A stretch of DNA of 18,998 bases from Verrucomicrobiota bacterium (GCA_039818205.1 JBCBUK010000031.1:1-18998); one strand, 5' to 3'; shown: positions 1 through 9,151, counted from the stretch's first letter. Made by a program: numbers and translations. Notes: generated from the sequence alone by a model not told the origin.

Positions 1-75
1 CGCGGAATAGTGCTTTCGAATATCTCTAAGGGTCTTCGCGAATCTAATCCTGATCAGGAAGGGGGCGGAGAGTGA
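1..75 (+). CDS. 3' end of an upstream CDS truncated by the window edge (…RGIVLSNISKGLRESNPDQEGGGE*)
   Basis: Frame 1 is open from base 1 to TGA at 73-75. This stop overlaps the GTG start at 72 (GTGA coupling), the same style as the other gene junctions. Confidence 0.55.
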   Translation, partial: RGIVLSNISKGLRESNPDQEGGGE

Positions 76-386
76 AGTGCAGATATAAATGGCGTTCAGG
101 CGCACGAAATAAATGTGTTTGGTGGAAACAGGAGTATAGCCGGCGCGCCAAGACTCTAGGCTTTTGGAATTTCATGAGAGTGTCTCACGGAAAGCCTTTC
201 GTTCAACTTGGCTCCTGGAACTGGACAATAAACGGAGTGCTTTGCACGGTCTGGATGGATACCAATAACTTCATGATTTACCGCGATGGCGGCAGAAACA
301 CGAAATGCTTTCACTTGGGCAACCGCTCCGAGCATCTAGCGGCTCGGCGAGCGACTAAACTATTAACTATGGAGAAAGCGTCATGA
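72..386 (+). CDS. hypothetical phage protein (104 aa, basic and Trp-rich)
   Basis: GTG start preceded by purine-rich GGAAGGGGG. Overlap-coupled at both ends (GTGA at 72-75, ATGA at 383-386). No recognisable motif. Confidence 0.55.
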   Translation: MKCRYKWRSGARNKCVWWKQEYSRRAKTLGFWNFMRVSHGKPFVQLGSWNWTINGVLCTVWMDTNNFMIYRDGGRNTKCFHLGNRSEHLAARRATKLLTMEKAS

Positions 387-835
387 AGCAAATCACCATA
401 GCTTCGTGGACGACCACCAAGCACGGAATGCCATTCACTCAGATTCTTGAACAATCACCTATATTAGAAAGTATGAATACACTAAACCAGATTGCTGATA
501 CTGTACATGCCCTCGCCAATGAAAAGGGGTTCTATGATGACAAGCCCACTGAAGATATCTTCGTCGAGAGGGCTTGTAACAATATGCATAACGAAGTTTC
601 AGAGCTTCACGAGTCGTGGCGAAACAACAAGTTGCGTTCGCCGTGTGACAAAGCGGCGAAGATGGAAGCCCTTGGACTTGAGCCATTGACATGCCTTGAG
701 GAAGAACTCGCCGACATCGTGATTCGTGCACTCGATAACGCTCGCTTCCTCGAAGTCGACATTCAGAAAGCGATTGAGACTAAGCATTCCTATAAAGCGT
801 CTCGTTCACATCGCCATGGCGGGAAGCGTAGTTGA
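383..835 (+). CDS. MazG-like (all-alpha) NTP pyrophosphohydrolase
   Basis: Motifs HNEVSELHE (ExxE) and EEELADIVIRALD (ExxD), plus the C-terminal K..Y..SR.HRHGGK typical of small phage MazG-like proteins. The start is either 383 (ATGA overlap, GGAG upstream) or 473 (MNTLNQIA…). Confidence 0.85.
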   Translation: MKQITIASWTTTKHGMPFTQILEQSPILESMNTLNQIADTVHALANEKGFYDDKPTEDIFVERACNNMHNEVSELHESWRNNKLRSPCDKAAKMEALGLEPLTCLEEELADIVIRALDNARFLEVDIQKAIETKHSYKASRSHRHGGKRS

Positions 836-855
836 TTTCATCAATCCGATCAGCA

Positions 856-1089
856 ATGGAACTTATCAAGCGGATTCTCGTCCGGTTTCTTGGAAACGCT
901 AAGAAGCATATCTGGAAAGAGACTAGGCGTGAAGACCTAGGATCGTATCTCGATTTTGGAAGATGCCCGCAGGAAATTACGAAGGTATATCGCGTGGCTG
1001 TTCACGAGGAGTGCTTGCTTTCCGGGGAAAACCGTATCCGGGAAGTCCGCAGTCTTTGGCCCGCCGAAAGGCCCTTGAAAAGTAGTTGA
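856..1089 (+). CDS. hypothetical protein (~77 aa; alternative TTG start at 832)
   Basis: Fills the gap between the MazG-like gene and the primase on the coding strand and ends 7 nt before the primase ATG. No motif recognised. Confidence 0.55.
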   Translation: MELIKRILVRFLGNAKKHIWKETRREDLGSYLDFGRCPQEITKVYRVAVHEECLLSGENRIREVRSLWPAERPLKSS

Positions 1090-1096
1090 GTAGACA

Positions 1097-3064
1097 ATGG
1101 CGAACGCAAAGGAAGTAAACGAGATGCTGAAGGCCAATATGTTCAGCTTTGCCGAATGGCTTTTCCCAGAGGGTAAGCGGCATGGTCGACATTATTTGAT
1201 CGGAGGGGTTGATGGCTCGCGGGGTGACTCGATGGTGATCGATATTGAGGGACCGAATACCGGTGCCTATATCGATAATAATCCGAGTGGCGGCTGTCGG
1301 CCGGGTTCGCCGATTGACTTGTATATGCAGGCGAAGGGCATCGAGTTCTTGGCTGCCTATGAGGAGTGTAAAGAGTGGCTTGAAGCGCGTGGTGTATTGG
1401 CGGCAAAGATGATTCGCGCGAAGGCGAGCCCGCCGAAAGCCAAAGAGAAAACTGGCATTCAGAAGGACTGGATTGAGATTGCTCCGAATACGAAAGCGTT
1501 TGACTACCTCACCGACGAACGTGGTTTGACTCCACAGGTACTGAAAGCCTATCGCGTGGGCTCGGGGTCTATCTGGTTCCGCGAGACCGAGAAGAAGGTA
1601 TCTTCGATTGTGTTTCCAGCCTACGCGACCGAAGAGGAGGGCGGTGATCTCCTGATGGCAAAGTATTTGGCGATTGAGCGTCCCGAAGGTCGAAAGATCA
1701 CACGCAGTAATAAAGCGCCGGTTTACCATTTGATTGGTTGGCAGGCGGGGCCGCCGCCGGGCAGTGATAAGCGTGCCGGGACACTCGTGATTACGGAGGG
1801 GGAGATCGATGCCATGACGATGTGGATGCTTGGCTATTGCGCGGTGAGCGTGCCTTTCGGAGCCAAGGATACGGCACGGGGCAATGCGTGGATTGAGCAC
1901 GATTGGAATCGCCTGGATGCCTTCGATGACATCGTGCTGATGCTCGATAATGACCCGGCAGGTGAAACGGCTCGGGATGATATTCTCCAGCGTTTGGGCA
2001 AAGAGCGTTGCCGCGTAGTCGAGTGGCCCAAGGAGATCAAGGACGCCAACCAGGGATTGACGGACTATCCCGAACTCATGGACGGGCTGATTGAGAACGC
2101 CCGCGCGTTCGATCCGGAAGAACTCAAGCGCGCCCGTGAGTTTGAGCAGGCAGTCTACGAAGAATTTTACCCACCAAACGGTGAACTACCGGGACAACCA
2201 TTGCCCTGGAAAAGCGATACCTTTCCATTTCGCATCCGGGAAGGCGAGGTGACCTGTTGGACCGGATATTCTGGGCATGGAAAAACAGTTGCCATGACCT
2301 ATGTCATGACATGGCTGGCGCACCTTGGTGAGCGCGTTTGTGTGGGCTCGTTCGAGCTGCCCGCCCGTAAGACTTTGCGAAATGTGTTGAAGCAAGGCAT
2401 GGGCCGTAAGAAGCCAGAAATTCATGGGGAGTTCAACGACCCCCTATGGCGTCGATCATGCGATTGGATGGATGATCGATTCTTCATCTATGACAAGGTA
2501 GGTCAGGCTAAGCTAGACGATGTGTTGCGGGTGTTTGCCTACTGTGCTCGCCGGTACGCGATCGGGCAGTTCGTGATCGACTCAATCATGTGTCTTGACG
2601 TGGTCGAAGATGACCACGAAGGCCAGAAGCAAATGATGCAGTCCTTGGAGGCTTTCGCTAAAGAGTACTTGGTTCATGTGCACGTTGTTGCCCACTCAAA
2701 GAAGGGCACCGACAAGCGCCCCGAGGAGAAATATTGGCCGCGAAAACACGATGTGAATGGCTCGGTTCACCTGACGAATTTGCCGGACAATGTTGTTTGC
2801 ATCTATCGGAATTTGAAAAAGGAACAAGAGATCGCCGCGCTCGAGCTAAAGCGCCAGACAGCGACGGATTCCGACGACATTGATGCGGATATCGATGCCC
2901 GCGAGAAATGGAGCGATGCCTTGTTTATCGTTCTTAAGCAACGCGAAACCGGAGAACTGCCGGTGCTTAACCTTTGGTTCGATGGATCATGGGGCGGCGG
3001 CAGCTGGCAATTTTTTGATACCTACGGGGAAAGTCCCCGCGACTTAGTAACCACCAAAAATTAG
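1097..3064 (+). CDS. bifunctional DNA primase-helicase (TOPRIM + SF4/DnaB-like helicase; T7 gp4/Twinkle type)
   Basis: TOPRIM motifs LVITEGEIDAMT, AVSVPFGA, LDND.AG and KDAN. Helicase Walker A GYSGHGKT, H1a SFE, Walker B FVIDS and H3 HVVAH. Confidence 0.95.
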   Translation: MANAKEVNEMLKANMFSFAEWLFPEGKRHGRHYLIGGVDGSRGDSMVIDIEGPNTGAYIDNNPSGGCRPGSPIDLYMQAKGIEFLAAYEECKEWLEARGVLAAKMIRAKASPPKAKEKTGIQKDWIEIAPNTKAFDYLTDERGLTPQVLKAYRVGSGSIWFRETEKKVSSIVFPAYATEEEGGDLLMAKYLAIERPEGRKITRSNKAPVYHLIGWQAGPPPGSDKRAGTLVITEGEIDAMTMWMLGYCAVSVPFGAKDTARGNAWIEHDWNRLDAFDDIVLMLDNDPAGETARDDILQRLGKERCRVVEWPKEIKDANQGLTDYPELMDGLIENARAFDPEELKRAREFEQAVYEEFYPPNGELPGQPLPWKSDTFPFRIREGEVTCWTGYSGHGKTVAMTYVMTWLAHLGERVCVGSFELPARKTLRNVLKQGMGRKKPEIHGEFNDPLWRRSCDWMDDRFFIYDKVGQAKLDDVLRVFAYCARRYAIGQFVIDSIMCLDVVEDDHEGQKQMMQSLEAFAKEYLVHVHVVAHSKKGTDKRPEEKYWPRKHDVNGSVHLTNLPDNVVCIYRNLKKEQEIAALELKRQTATDSDDIDADIDAREKWSDALFIVLKQRETGELPVLNLWFDGSWGGGSWQFFDTYGESPRDLVTTKN

Positions 3065-3068
3065 GCAG

Positions 3069-3962
3069 ATGAAAAACACGATTATATTCTATGATGGAGA
3101 CATGGACGGCTTCGCGGGGGCGTGGGCGGCATGGACTCTATTCGGTAACGATGGCGCTGAGTATGTGATGCGCCAGCGGGATCGCTCGTTGGCAGAACAG
3201 CACTCTGGCGTGGCGGAAGTGTTGACCCGAGGTGTTCAGCGCCCGGAGCTAAGCCTTTACTGTATCGATTTTTGCCCGAGTCGGGAGGAGCTACTTCTCC
3301 TGGATGAGACGATCGGCAAGGTTCAAGTGATCGACCATCACGCGACGACCAAAGAGGTTTGCGGCGACCTGACCAACCTCGTTACCTGCGATACGAGCCG
3401 CAGTGCATGTGCGCTGGCGTGGCAAGTGTTTCATTGCTCAAATCCGCCGTTGATTCTTCTATTCGTTGAGGATCGCGACCTGTGGCGCTGGCAGATGGAA
3501 TACAGCCCCGAGGTGAATGCGTGGCTCAGTTCATTGGAGTCATTCAAGGACAAAGACTTGGAAGGGTTCAATGCTGTTAGCCGCTTAACCGATTGGGACC
3601 GGATGCGTTCCGAGGGCTCGGCGATCCTGCGGAGTCAAGAGAGCTGGGTGGACTTCGCCAGCCAGATCGCCGACTACCGGAAGTTTGAAGAGCGCCTAGC
3701 CGTGGTAGTAAACAGCCCGATCTTTCGGAGCGAGATCGGCTCGGCGCTGCTGGAGAAGTGCCCGGAGGCTGACCTCGCACTCTGTTGGTGGGAGCACAAC
3801 GGCATTCGGCATTATTCTTTGCGCAGTCGCGGTGCCGATGAATGCGATGTCGGCAAGATTGCCGAGAACTTTGGGGGCGGTGGCCACCCGCAAGCCGCTG
3901 GATTCGCAGTGTGCGTTGAGGAAACTGAGGTCATCGAAAGCCTGCTTGAACCGGTGGCATGA
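3069..3962 (+). CDS. DHH/DHHA1 family phosphoesterase
   Basis: Motif I DMDG, motif II CIDF, motif III IDHH, VEDRDLWRW, and the DHHA1 signature SLRS…DVGKIAENFGGGGHPQAAGF. Confidence 0.93.
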   Translation: MKNTIIFYDGDMDGFAGAWAAWTLFGNDGAEYVMRQRDRSLAEQHSGVAEVLTRGVQRPELSLYCIDFCPSREELLLLDETIGKVQVIDHHATTKEVCGDLTNLVTCDTSRSACALAWQVFHCSNPPLILLFVEDRDLWRWQMEYSPEVNAWLSSLESFKDKDLEGFNAVSRLTDWDRMRSEGSAILRSQESWVDFASQIADYRKFEERLAVVVNSPIFRSEIGSALLEKCPEADLALCWWEHNGIRHYSLRSRGADECDVGKIAENFGGGGHPQAAGFAVCVEETEVIESLLEPVA

Positions 3963-6055
3963 TTGATCAACTGACAGATGAACAGCGCAACGTGCTGTTG
4001 GCGGTCTGGCCGGAGAATGAAGACGGTAAACGCGAGCTAAATGCCGATGCTTTGCGCAACCGTATTCCGAACAATGTGCAGGTGCTGACACCGCACAACC
4101 CGACGCATCCCTTACTCCCCGCACCGGGCCCGGTGATGATTGTCAGGAATCTTTGGGATGCCCACGGCCGGTTTAGTCGTGATGGGCTAGCCCGTTACAA
4201 CGAGGCGCTTGGAGTCCGGAACAAGTCGATATTAAACGAGGAACGTGACCCCTTCCGAAATGGTTGGGAGCCGCCGAACTGGAAGCTTTGCGACGTGTTG
4301 GTCGGGATCATCACCCCGCAACAATTCTACAACGATAAATCGGTGCCCGATGCATGGAAGGCAGCGTTCAAGCTCAACGGGGCTCTTCTGCGAAAGTATC
4401 TGTTCATTCAGATCCTTGGTGGTAACCGCTCGGGGAAAACCGAGTGGGCCTGCAAGCGAATCGTCTACTTCCTCTACCATCGACGGAATGCCAATATCTG
4501 GTTGCTCCATCAGAACATTGATCAATCGATCGAGTGGCACCATACGACGATCTATAAATACTTGCCGCCTGAGTGGAAAACGTTGCCGATCGGCCGCGGG
4601 GATAACGACGCCTATATCAGCTATCGGAAGAAGACCGGTTTCTCTGGTATGAAGCTTGTGGCTCCGACCGGGTCGACGCTGAGCTTTAAGACCTACCAGC
4701 AATACGAAGATGATGAATATGGCTTTGAAGGTGGCGAACTCGGTAGCCCTGATCGTGCTCCCTGTCTTGGCTATGTCGGTGACGAGAACATGCCGCTCGC
4801 ACTCTACAATACCTTGCGTCGCGCTCAAGCTACTCGCGGAAGTGTCGGGGTCCAACCGTTCACTCCAATCAAGGGCTATGACGAAGTTGTCGGTCAGACG
4901 CTGGAAGGCGCGAAGGATGTATACACTGAATGGGCCGATGATCTTCCAGTTCCCAAAGATGTGCCTTTGATGCAGACTGATGCAGATGGGAAATCGGCCA
5001 TGGTCTATTTTTGGTCGAAGTTGAATCCGTATGGAAACTATCCCGCACTTCGCGAGCTCTACGGGAGCGAACCCGACAAAGTTCAAACCGTTCGATTCTA
5101 CGGTGTGCCCTACAAAGCGAAGGATACGCCGTTTCCGAAATACAATGAGAAGATCCACCTGTTCGATATCGAGGATATGCCGTCCGCCGTTACGCGCTAC
5201 ATGGTCATGGACCCCTCGGGGCTCAATCGTAACAGCTTCATGCTTTGGTGTGCGGTCGATGTCTACGGTAGGATTTGGGTTTATCGGGAGTGGCCTTGCC
5301 CGAATATCGCTGTCCCTACCGTTGGCTATCCGGGCCCATGGGCTGTTTCTGGGAAAAGTAAAGGCCATGCGTTCGGTGGACTGCCGGGAGATGGTTGCGA
5401 AGACTTTGGCTTTGATCTGCTGGACTACAAATCGGAGATCGCCCGGCTCGAAGGCTGGGATGATGTCGGCCGCGACATCCCAGTCGAAGATTGGGATGAC
5501 CGGAATGGAGCCGATGAGCGAATGTTCGGCCGCGACATCGATAGTCGTTTCGCCAATACTCAGCGCGCAACCGGTCGTGGAAATACTACCTTAACTGAGG
5601 AGTATGGGAGCATCAAAGTCCACTTCACACCCACAAGCTCGGCTGGCATGACTGAAGGGCGTATGCCGATTGTTGAAGGGGTTAAGCTGATCAATGACGG
5701 CTTCAAATATACTGACGGCTGGCTGGAAGCTACTCGGGCAGGTAAGCCTGCACGGGTCGAAGACGGGCCCAGTATTTTCATCAACCGTGAGTGCGACAAT
5801 CTTCGCTTCGCGCTGAAGGCTTTCACCGGTTTGGGTGGCCAGAAGGAAGCCACGAAAGACCCCATTGACTGTTTGCGCTACCTAGTTCTCAAACCAGTGA
5901 TCTACATCGACGAGGCACTTCTGCGCCAGCGATCCCGTCGGTCGGGATCCAGGAGCTATGGCGGCAGCATGCCGCGCAATGAATTTCCCGCTGAAGCAGT
6001 TGGCAACAAGCGCCAACGATTACTCAGTAAGCGACCAACCCGGAGGCGTCTATGA
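3959..6055 (+). CDS. terL: terminase large subunit
   Basis: Walker A GGNRSGKT, Walker B GYVGDE, coupling motif FTP, RNase H-like nuclease residues YMVMDP and KDPIDCLRY. Located just upstream of the portal. Confidence 0.93.
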   Translation: MIDQLTDEQRNVLLAVWPENEDGKRELNADALRNRIPNNVQVLTPHNPTHPLLPAPGPVMIVRNLWDAHGRFSRDGLARYNEALGVRNKSILNEERDPFRNGWEPPNWKLCDVLVGIITPQQFYNDKSVPDAWKAAFKLNGALLRKYLFIQILGGNRSGKTEWACKRIVYFLYHRRNANIWLLHQNIDQSIEWHHTTIYKYLPPEWKTLPIGRGDNDAYISYRKKTGFSGMKLVAPTGSTLSFKTYQQYEDDEYGFEGGELGSPDRAPCLGYVGDENMPLALYNTLRRAQATRGSVGVQPFTPIKGYDEVVGQTLEGAKDVYTEWADDLPVPKDVPLMQTDADGKSAMVYFWSKLNPYGNYPALRELYGSEPDKVQTVRFYGVPYKAKDTPFPKYNEKIHLFDIEDMPSAVTRYMVMDPSGLNRNSFMLWCAVDVYGRIWVYREWPCPNIAVPTVGYPGPWAVSGKSKGHAFGGLPGDGCEDFGFDLLDYKSEIARLEGWDDVGRDIPVEDWDDRNGADERMFGRDIDSRFANTQRATGRGNTTLTEEYGSIKVHFTPTSSAGMTEGRMPIVEGVKLINDGFKYTDGWLEATRAGKPARVEDGPSIFINRECDNLRFALKAFTGLGGQKEATKDPIDCLRYLVLKPVIYIDEALLRQRSRRSGSRSYGGSMPRNEFPAEAVGNKRQRLLSKRPTRRRL

Positions 6056-6288
6056 ATAACGAACCGACAACCCGATACATCAAACGCGCTGATCTAGTGC
6101 ATTGGCTAGAAGGCTTTGGATTTTCGCCAACCCATATCCGGGAGCTGCTGGAAGAACGAACGGGCGAAGCTCATGAAATTGGACCGGTGCATCGAATAAG
6201 CGATCACCGGATCCGCCGCCACTATTTTGGAAGGAACCGTTACGCCCTCTATGAATGGCGGTCGGTAGCGGACGAACTGAAACTTTAA
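6052..6288 (+). CDS. small putative DNA-binding protein (excisionase/MerR-like winged HTH)
   Basis: 78 aa, ATGA-coupled to terL. The pattern YIKRADLVHWL-GFSPTHIRELLE…basic wing…ALYEWRSV resembles Xis/MerR-type HTH topology. The fold is inferred. Confidence 0.55.
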   Translation: MNNEPTTRYIKRADLVHWLEGFGFSPTHIRELLEERTGEAHEIGPVHRISDHRIRRHYFGRNRYALYEWRSVADELKL

Positions 6289-6305
6289 CCCATCAACAAC
6301 GAACC

Positions 6306-8714
6306 ATGAACGAACCATCGAGCAAGATTACTGACGCGACCGATCAACCGTATATCGCATCGCTTTTAGACGAATTTCACCAATCCCTTGAACATGCTAC
6401 CTTCTACATTCGGCGAATGGAGTTAGCCGAGAACACGACCTGGTGTCAGTGGGATGGTCAGCACGATGACGGCCGTAAGCACCGCGACAGTGACACTGAC
6501 GAGGAACCATTTCCTTGGGAGGGCGCCAGCGATACCCGAGTGCGGCTAGTCGACCAGCTTGTGACCGAGTCGACTCTGGTTCAGGACGCCGCCTTTAAGC
6601 GTGGCCGTTGGCGGATGGCCGGGACCGAAGCGGGGGATACTTACTTGGCAGGCAAGTCGAACACGCTTCTGAAGTGGATGGTCTATACCAAGATGGGCCG
6701 GTCCGCTCGGAGTGCCCGCAAGCTCGCTCGCCGTTGGAGAACCATGTATGGACTGTCGTTTACCATGGTCGATTGGGAGCGCGACGTGCAGTTGACCCTG
6801 GACGAAATTAACCTGAACGAACTCGCGCTCTACTTTGGCCTCCAGGAAACGATCGAGTTCGTCGAAAAACAATTTGCTGCCGAGGCTGAGTTGCCGGCCG
6901 ATGGTTTGCGGCTGGTTGTTCCCCAGCTTCAAGACGCAATTGAGACCTTTCTTACCGTCCGCGATGAGGTTGCTCAGATCAATGCTGATGGTCTTGCCAA
7001 GCAAGAACAGCAAGTCGCATTGGTTCAGGGACATCTCGAGGTCCTTAAGAACTTCCTGGACTTGGTTGACAACCCTAAGCGTGAGTCGGAGTTGAAGAAA
7101 ACTTTTCTTGCGGCGTTCCCGACACTGAAGGGTAAACACCTGAAGAAGATTATCGAGTCACTTCGAGAAAACAGCCTGGCACATTTGCCGATTCCGGTTG
7201 TTGTTCGCGACCAGCCCTATTGGCGTGCACTCAAAGCGTTTGATCACATCTTCTTTCCGGTTGAAACGACGAAGGTCGAATCCGCTCGCTGGTTTGCCGT
7301 CCGGGAATGGTATACCGCTCCCGAACTCAAGGCAAAGACAGTACCGACACAGCGGGGTGTCGAGCCTTGGGACGCGGAGTTTGTTGACTGGGTCGTGGAA
7401 CACACCGAAGGCATGGATTCGACGGAGGGCATGCTTGGTGAATCGCGACGCGGCCAGAAACGTTGGCAGAGCAGTAGCCGAAACCATTGGGAAGGCACCG
7501 ATCAGGACCGCACTGGCTTGTTCGAGATCCTGACGTTCTATTACTGGGCGACGGATGATTTCGGCATACCGGGCATCTACAAAACCGTGACATCGGCCCA
7601 CTTAAGGCAGGATGGCAAGGTCGATGGTGGCGAATCGCAAACGAACTCCGAGGGCGTTCCTCTCTATGCCGAGCATGGTTTGCAGGAACACCACCACGCG
7701 AAGTATCCTTTTGTGCCGCACATCTTCGAAGAGGAGATGGACACCTTGCTCGAAAACGTCGGCATTCCTTATCTTCTCTACACCTATCAAAACGAAGTGA
7801 AAATCAATCGGGACTATTTGATTGATGCCGGAAGCATCTCCATACTTCCGCCGCTTCGTCGCCACGTTCGCGACCAGGACACGCCGCTCTCGCTTGGCCC
7901 CGATGGTGCCGTTTTCGAGACGGTCTCCGGATCGACGCAATACATGGATCCCCCAAAGAGTCGTGCTGACCTTATTCTGAATGCGGACCAGGCGATCCGG
8001 GCGGATGCATGTCGTTTGGGCGGAGCCCTGCACCCTGATGTGCCAACCCCGGTTGTCCAGATCAAGCAAGCCAATCTCGGTGAAGCCTACCTAGACGAAC
8101 AGATCGACATCCTGACGCTGACGTTTCAGCTGATGCAACAACACATGGATGAAGCGACGATTGTTCGTGCCGTCGGTCGACTCAATGAGCCGATGACAGT
8201 TTCCCACGAAGAGATTCAAGGACAGTTCGATCTTTCGATCGCTTTCGATGCGCGGACCCTGGATCCCGACTATTTGTTCAAGAAGCTCGATTTCATTACT
8301 CGGCTCAAACCGATGGACGCCAATAACCGAATGAACAACGATCGCATGGTCGAGCTTCTGTTAACGGAATTTGATCCGAGTTGGGCTGACTTCGTCTTGG
8401 ATTCACCAGAGGAGAAGGCGCAAGACGAGGCAATGGACGAGCTAATGAACGTCGGATTGATGATGGCTGGTGTCGAGCCGCCAATGAAAGCCAGCGGCCA
8501 GAACTATGGTTTGCGCTTACAAGTCATGGACGGTCAGAAACAACAGAATCCGAAGTTTCAGCGGGCCTATGAAGACGATGCACATTTCCGGTCGTTGGTA
8601 GACAATCGAAAGAAGCATCTCCAGCACATGATCACACAGTTTCAAGTGAATGCTCCGACTGGTCGGACCGGTGCCCAACCAATCACCTCTCCACTTGGCG
8701 GAAACCAACTCTAA
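6306..8714 (+). CDS. portal protein (~802 aa, podovirus/P22-like size)
   Basis: Lies between terL and scaffold/capsid. N-terminal W.GQ..DGRKH…PFPWEGASDTRVRL.D block of the kind seen in environmental phage portals, and a Q-rich helical C-terminus. ATG 6306 is preferred over 6255 because it avoids overlap with the upstream gene and has an A/C-rich leader. Confidence 0.85.
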   Translation: MNEPSSKITDATDQPYIASLLDEFHQSLEHATFYIRRMELAENTTWCQWDGQHDDGRKHRDSDTDEEPFPWEGASDTRVRLVDQLVTESTLVQDAAFKRGRWRMAGTEAGDTYLAGKSNTLLKWMVYTKMGRSARSARKLARRWRTMYGLSFTMVDWERDVQLTLDEINLNELALYFGLQETIEFVEKQFAAEAELPADGLRLVVPQLQDAIETFLTVRDEVAQINADGLAKQEQQVALVQGHLEVLKNFLDLVDNPKRESELKKTFLAAFPTLKGKHLKKIIESLRENSLAHLPIPVVVRDQPYWRALKAFDHIFFPVETTKVESARWFAVREWYTAPELKAKTVPTQRGVEPWDAEFVDWVVEHTEGMDSTEGMLGESRRGQKRWQSSSRNHWEGTDQDRTGLFEILTFYYWATDDFGIPGIYKTVTSAHLRQDGKVDGGESQTNSEGVPLYAEHGLQEHHHAKYPFVPHIFEEEMDTLLENVGIPYLLYTYQNEVKINRDYLIDAGSISILPPLRRHVRDQDTPLSLGPDGAVFETVSGSTQYMDPPKSRADLILNADQAIRADACRLGGALHPDVPTPVVQIKQANLGEAYLDEQIDILTLTFQLMQQHMDEATIVRAVGRLNEPMTVSHEEIQGQFDLSIAFDARTLDPDYLFKKLDFITRLKPMDANNRMNNDRMVELLLTEFDPSWADFVLDSPEEKAQDEAMDELMNVGLMMAGVEPPMKASGQNYGLRLQVMDGQKQQNPKFQRAYEDDAHFRSLVDNRKKHLQHMITQFQVNAPTGRTGAQPITSPLGGNQL

Positions 8715-8725
8715 CCACAAAATCG

Positions 8726-9151
8726 ATGTTAAAGCTATTTAGAATCCTGGAGGACCATCAGGCCCTCAAAGACGAATTCGAGCAGTTCAAGGCTCATTAT
8801 GACGAAGCGCATAGCGTTAGTCCCACGGTTAATCCTTCGACGATGCGAGAGCAGTTGATCGATAGAATGGCTCGCCTCAGTTCAGACGATAGCGTGATCG
8901 TTGCTCTGCGTGCTTTGATTCGCGTGAACAAGGAGATTGCTCGCGCGACGGCTAACTCTCCTGAAACGGCCGGGACCCCCGAGGGGACTCATGCGAGTGG
9001 TGGAGTCTACTACCTCGAGAAAATTGATCGAGATCTCAGCTCTCTCTGGGCACTCGCTCAGGGGATGCGTACCAAAGCGGCGGAAGGTTTGCCTTCGAAA
9101 CTTGGTCGATCCCAAGGAGCGGATGCGTCGCCCGTGAAACGTTCCTACTAG
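8726..9151 (+). CDS. small helical post-portal protein (Bbp19-like position)
   Basis: 141 aa, mostly helical, with an …THASGGVYYL… motif. Sits between portal and scaffold, where podoviruses commonly have such a gene. Confidence 0.65.
   Translation: MLKLFRILEDHQALKDEFEQFKAHYDEAHSVSPTVNPSTMREQLIDRMARLSSDDSVIVALRALIRVNKEIARATANSPETAGTPEGTHASGGVYYLEKIDRDLSSLWALAQGMRTKAAEGLPSKLGRSQGADASPVKRSY

Noticed and set aside
383..835. MazZ / 2-aminoadenine (Z-genome) pathway
   Set aside because: No purZ or HD-domain dATPase in the window. A MazG-like fold alone is not sufficient evidence.
977..1900. 307-aa minus-strand ORF
   Set aside because: Antisense shadow of the primase gene with no motifs. The + strand protein has clear catalytic motifs.
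4232..5368. 378-aa minus-strand ORF
   Set aside because: Lies wholly antisense to terL and has no recognisable domain. Long antisense frames are common with this codon usage.
6255..6305. Upstream portal start at 6255
   Set aside because: It overlaps the 78-aa gene by 34 nt. ATG 6306 has the A/C-rich leader seen on the other head genes.
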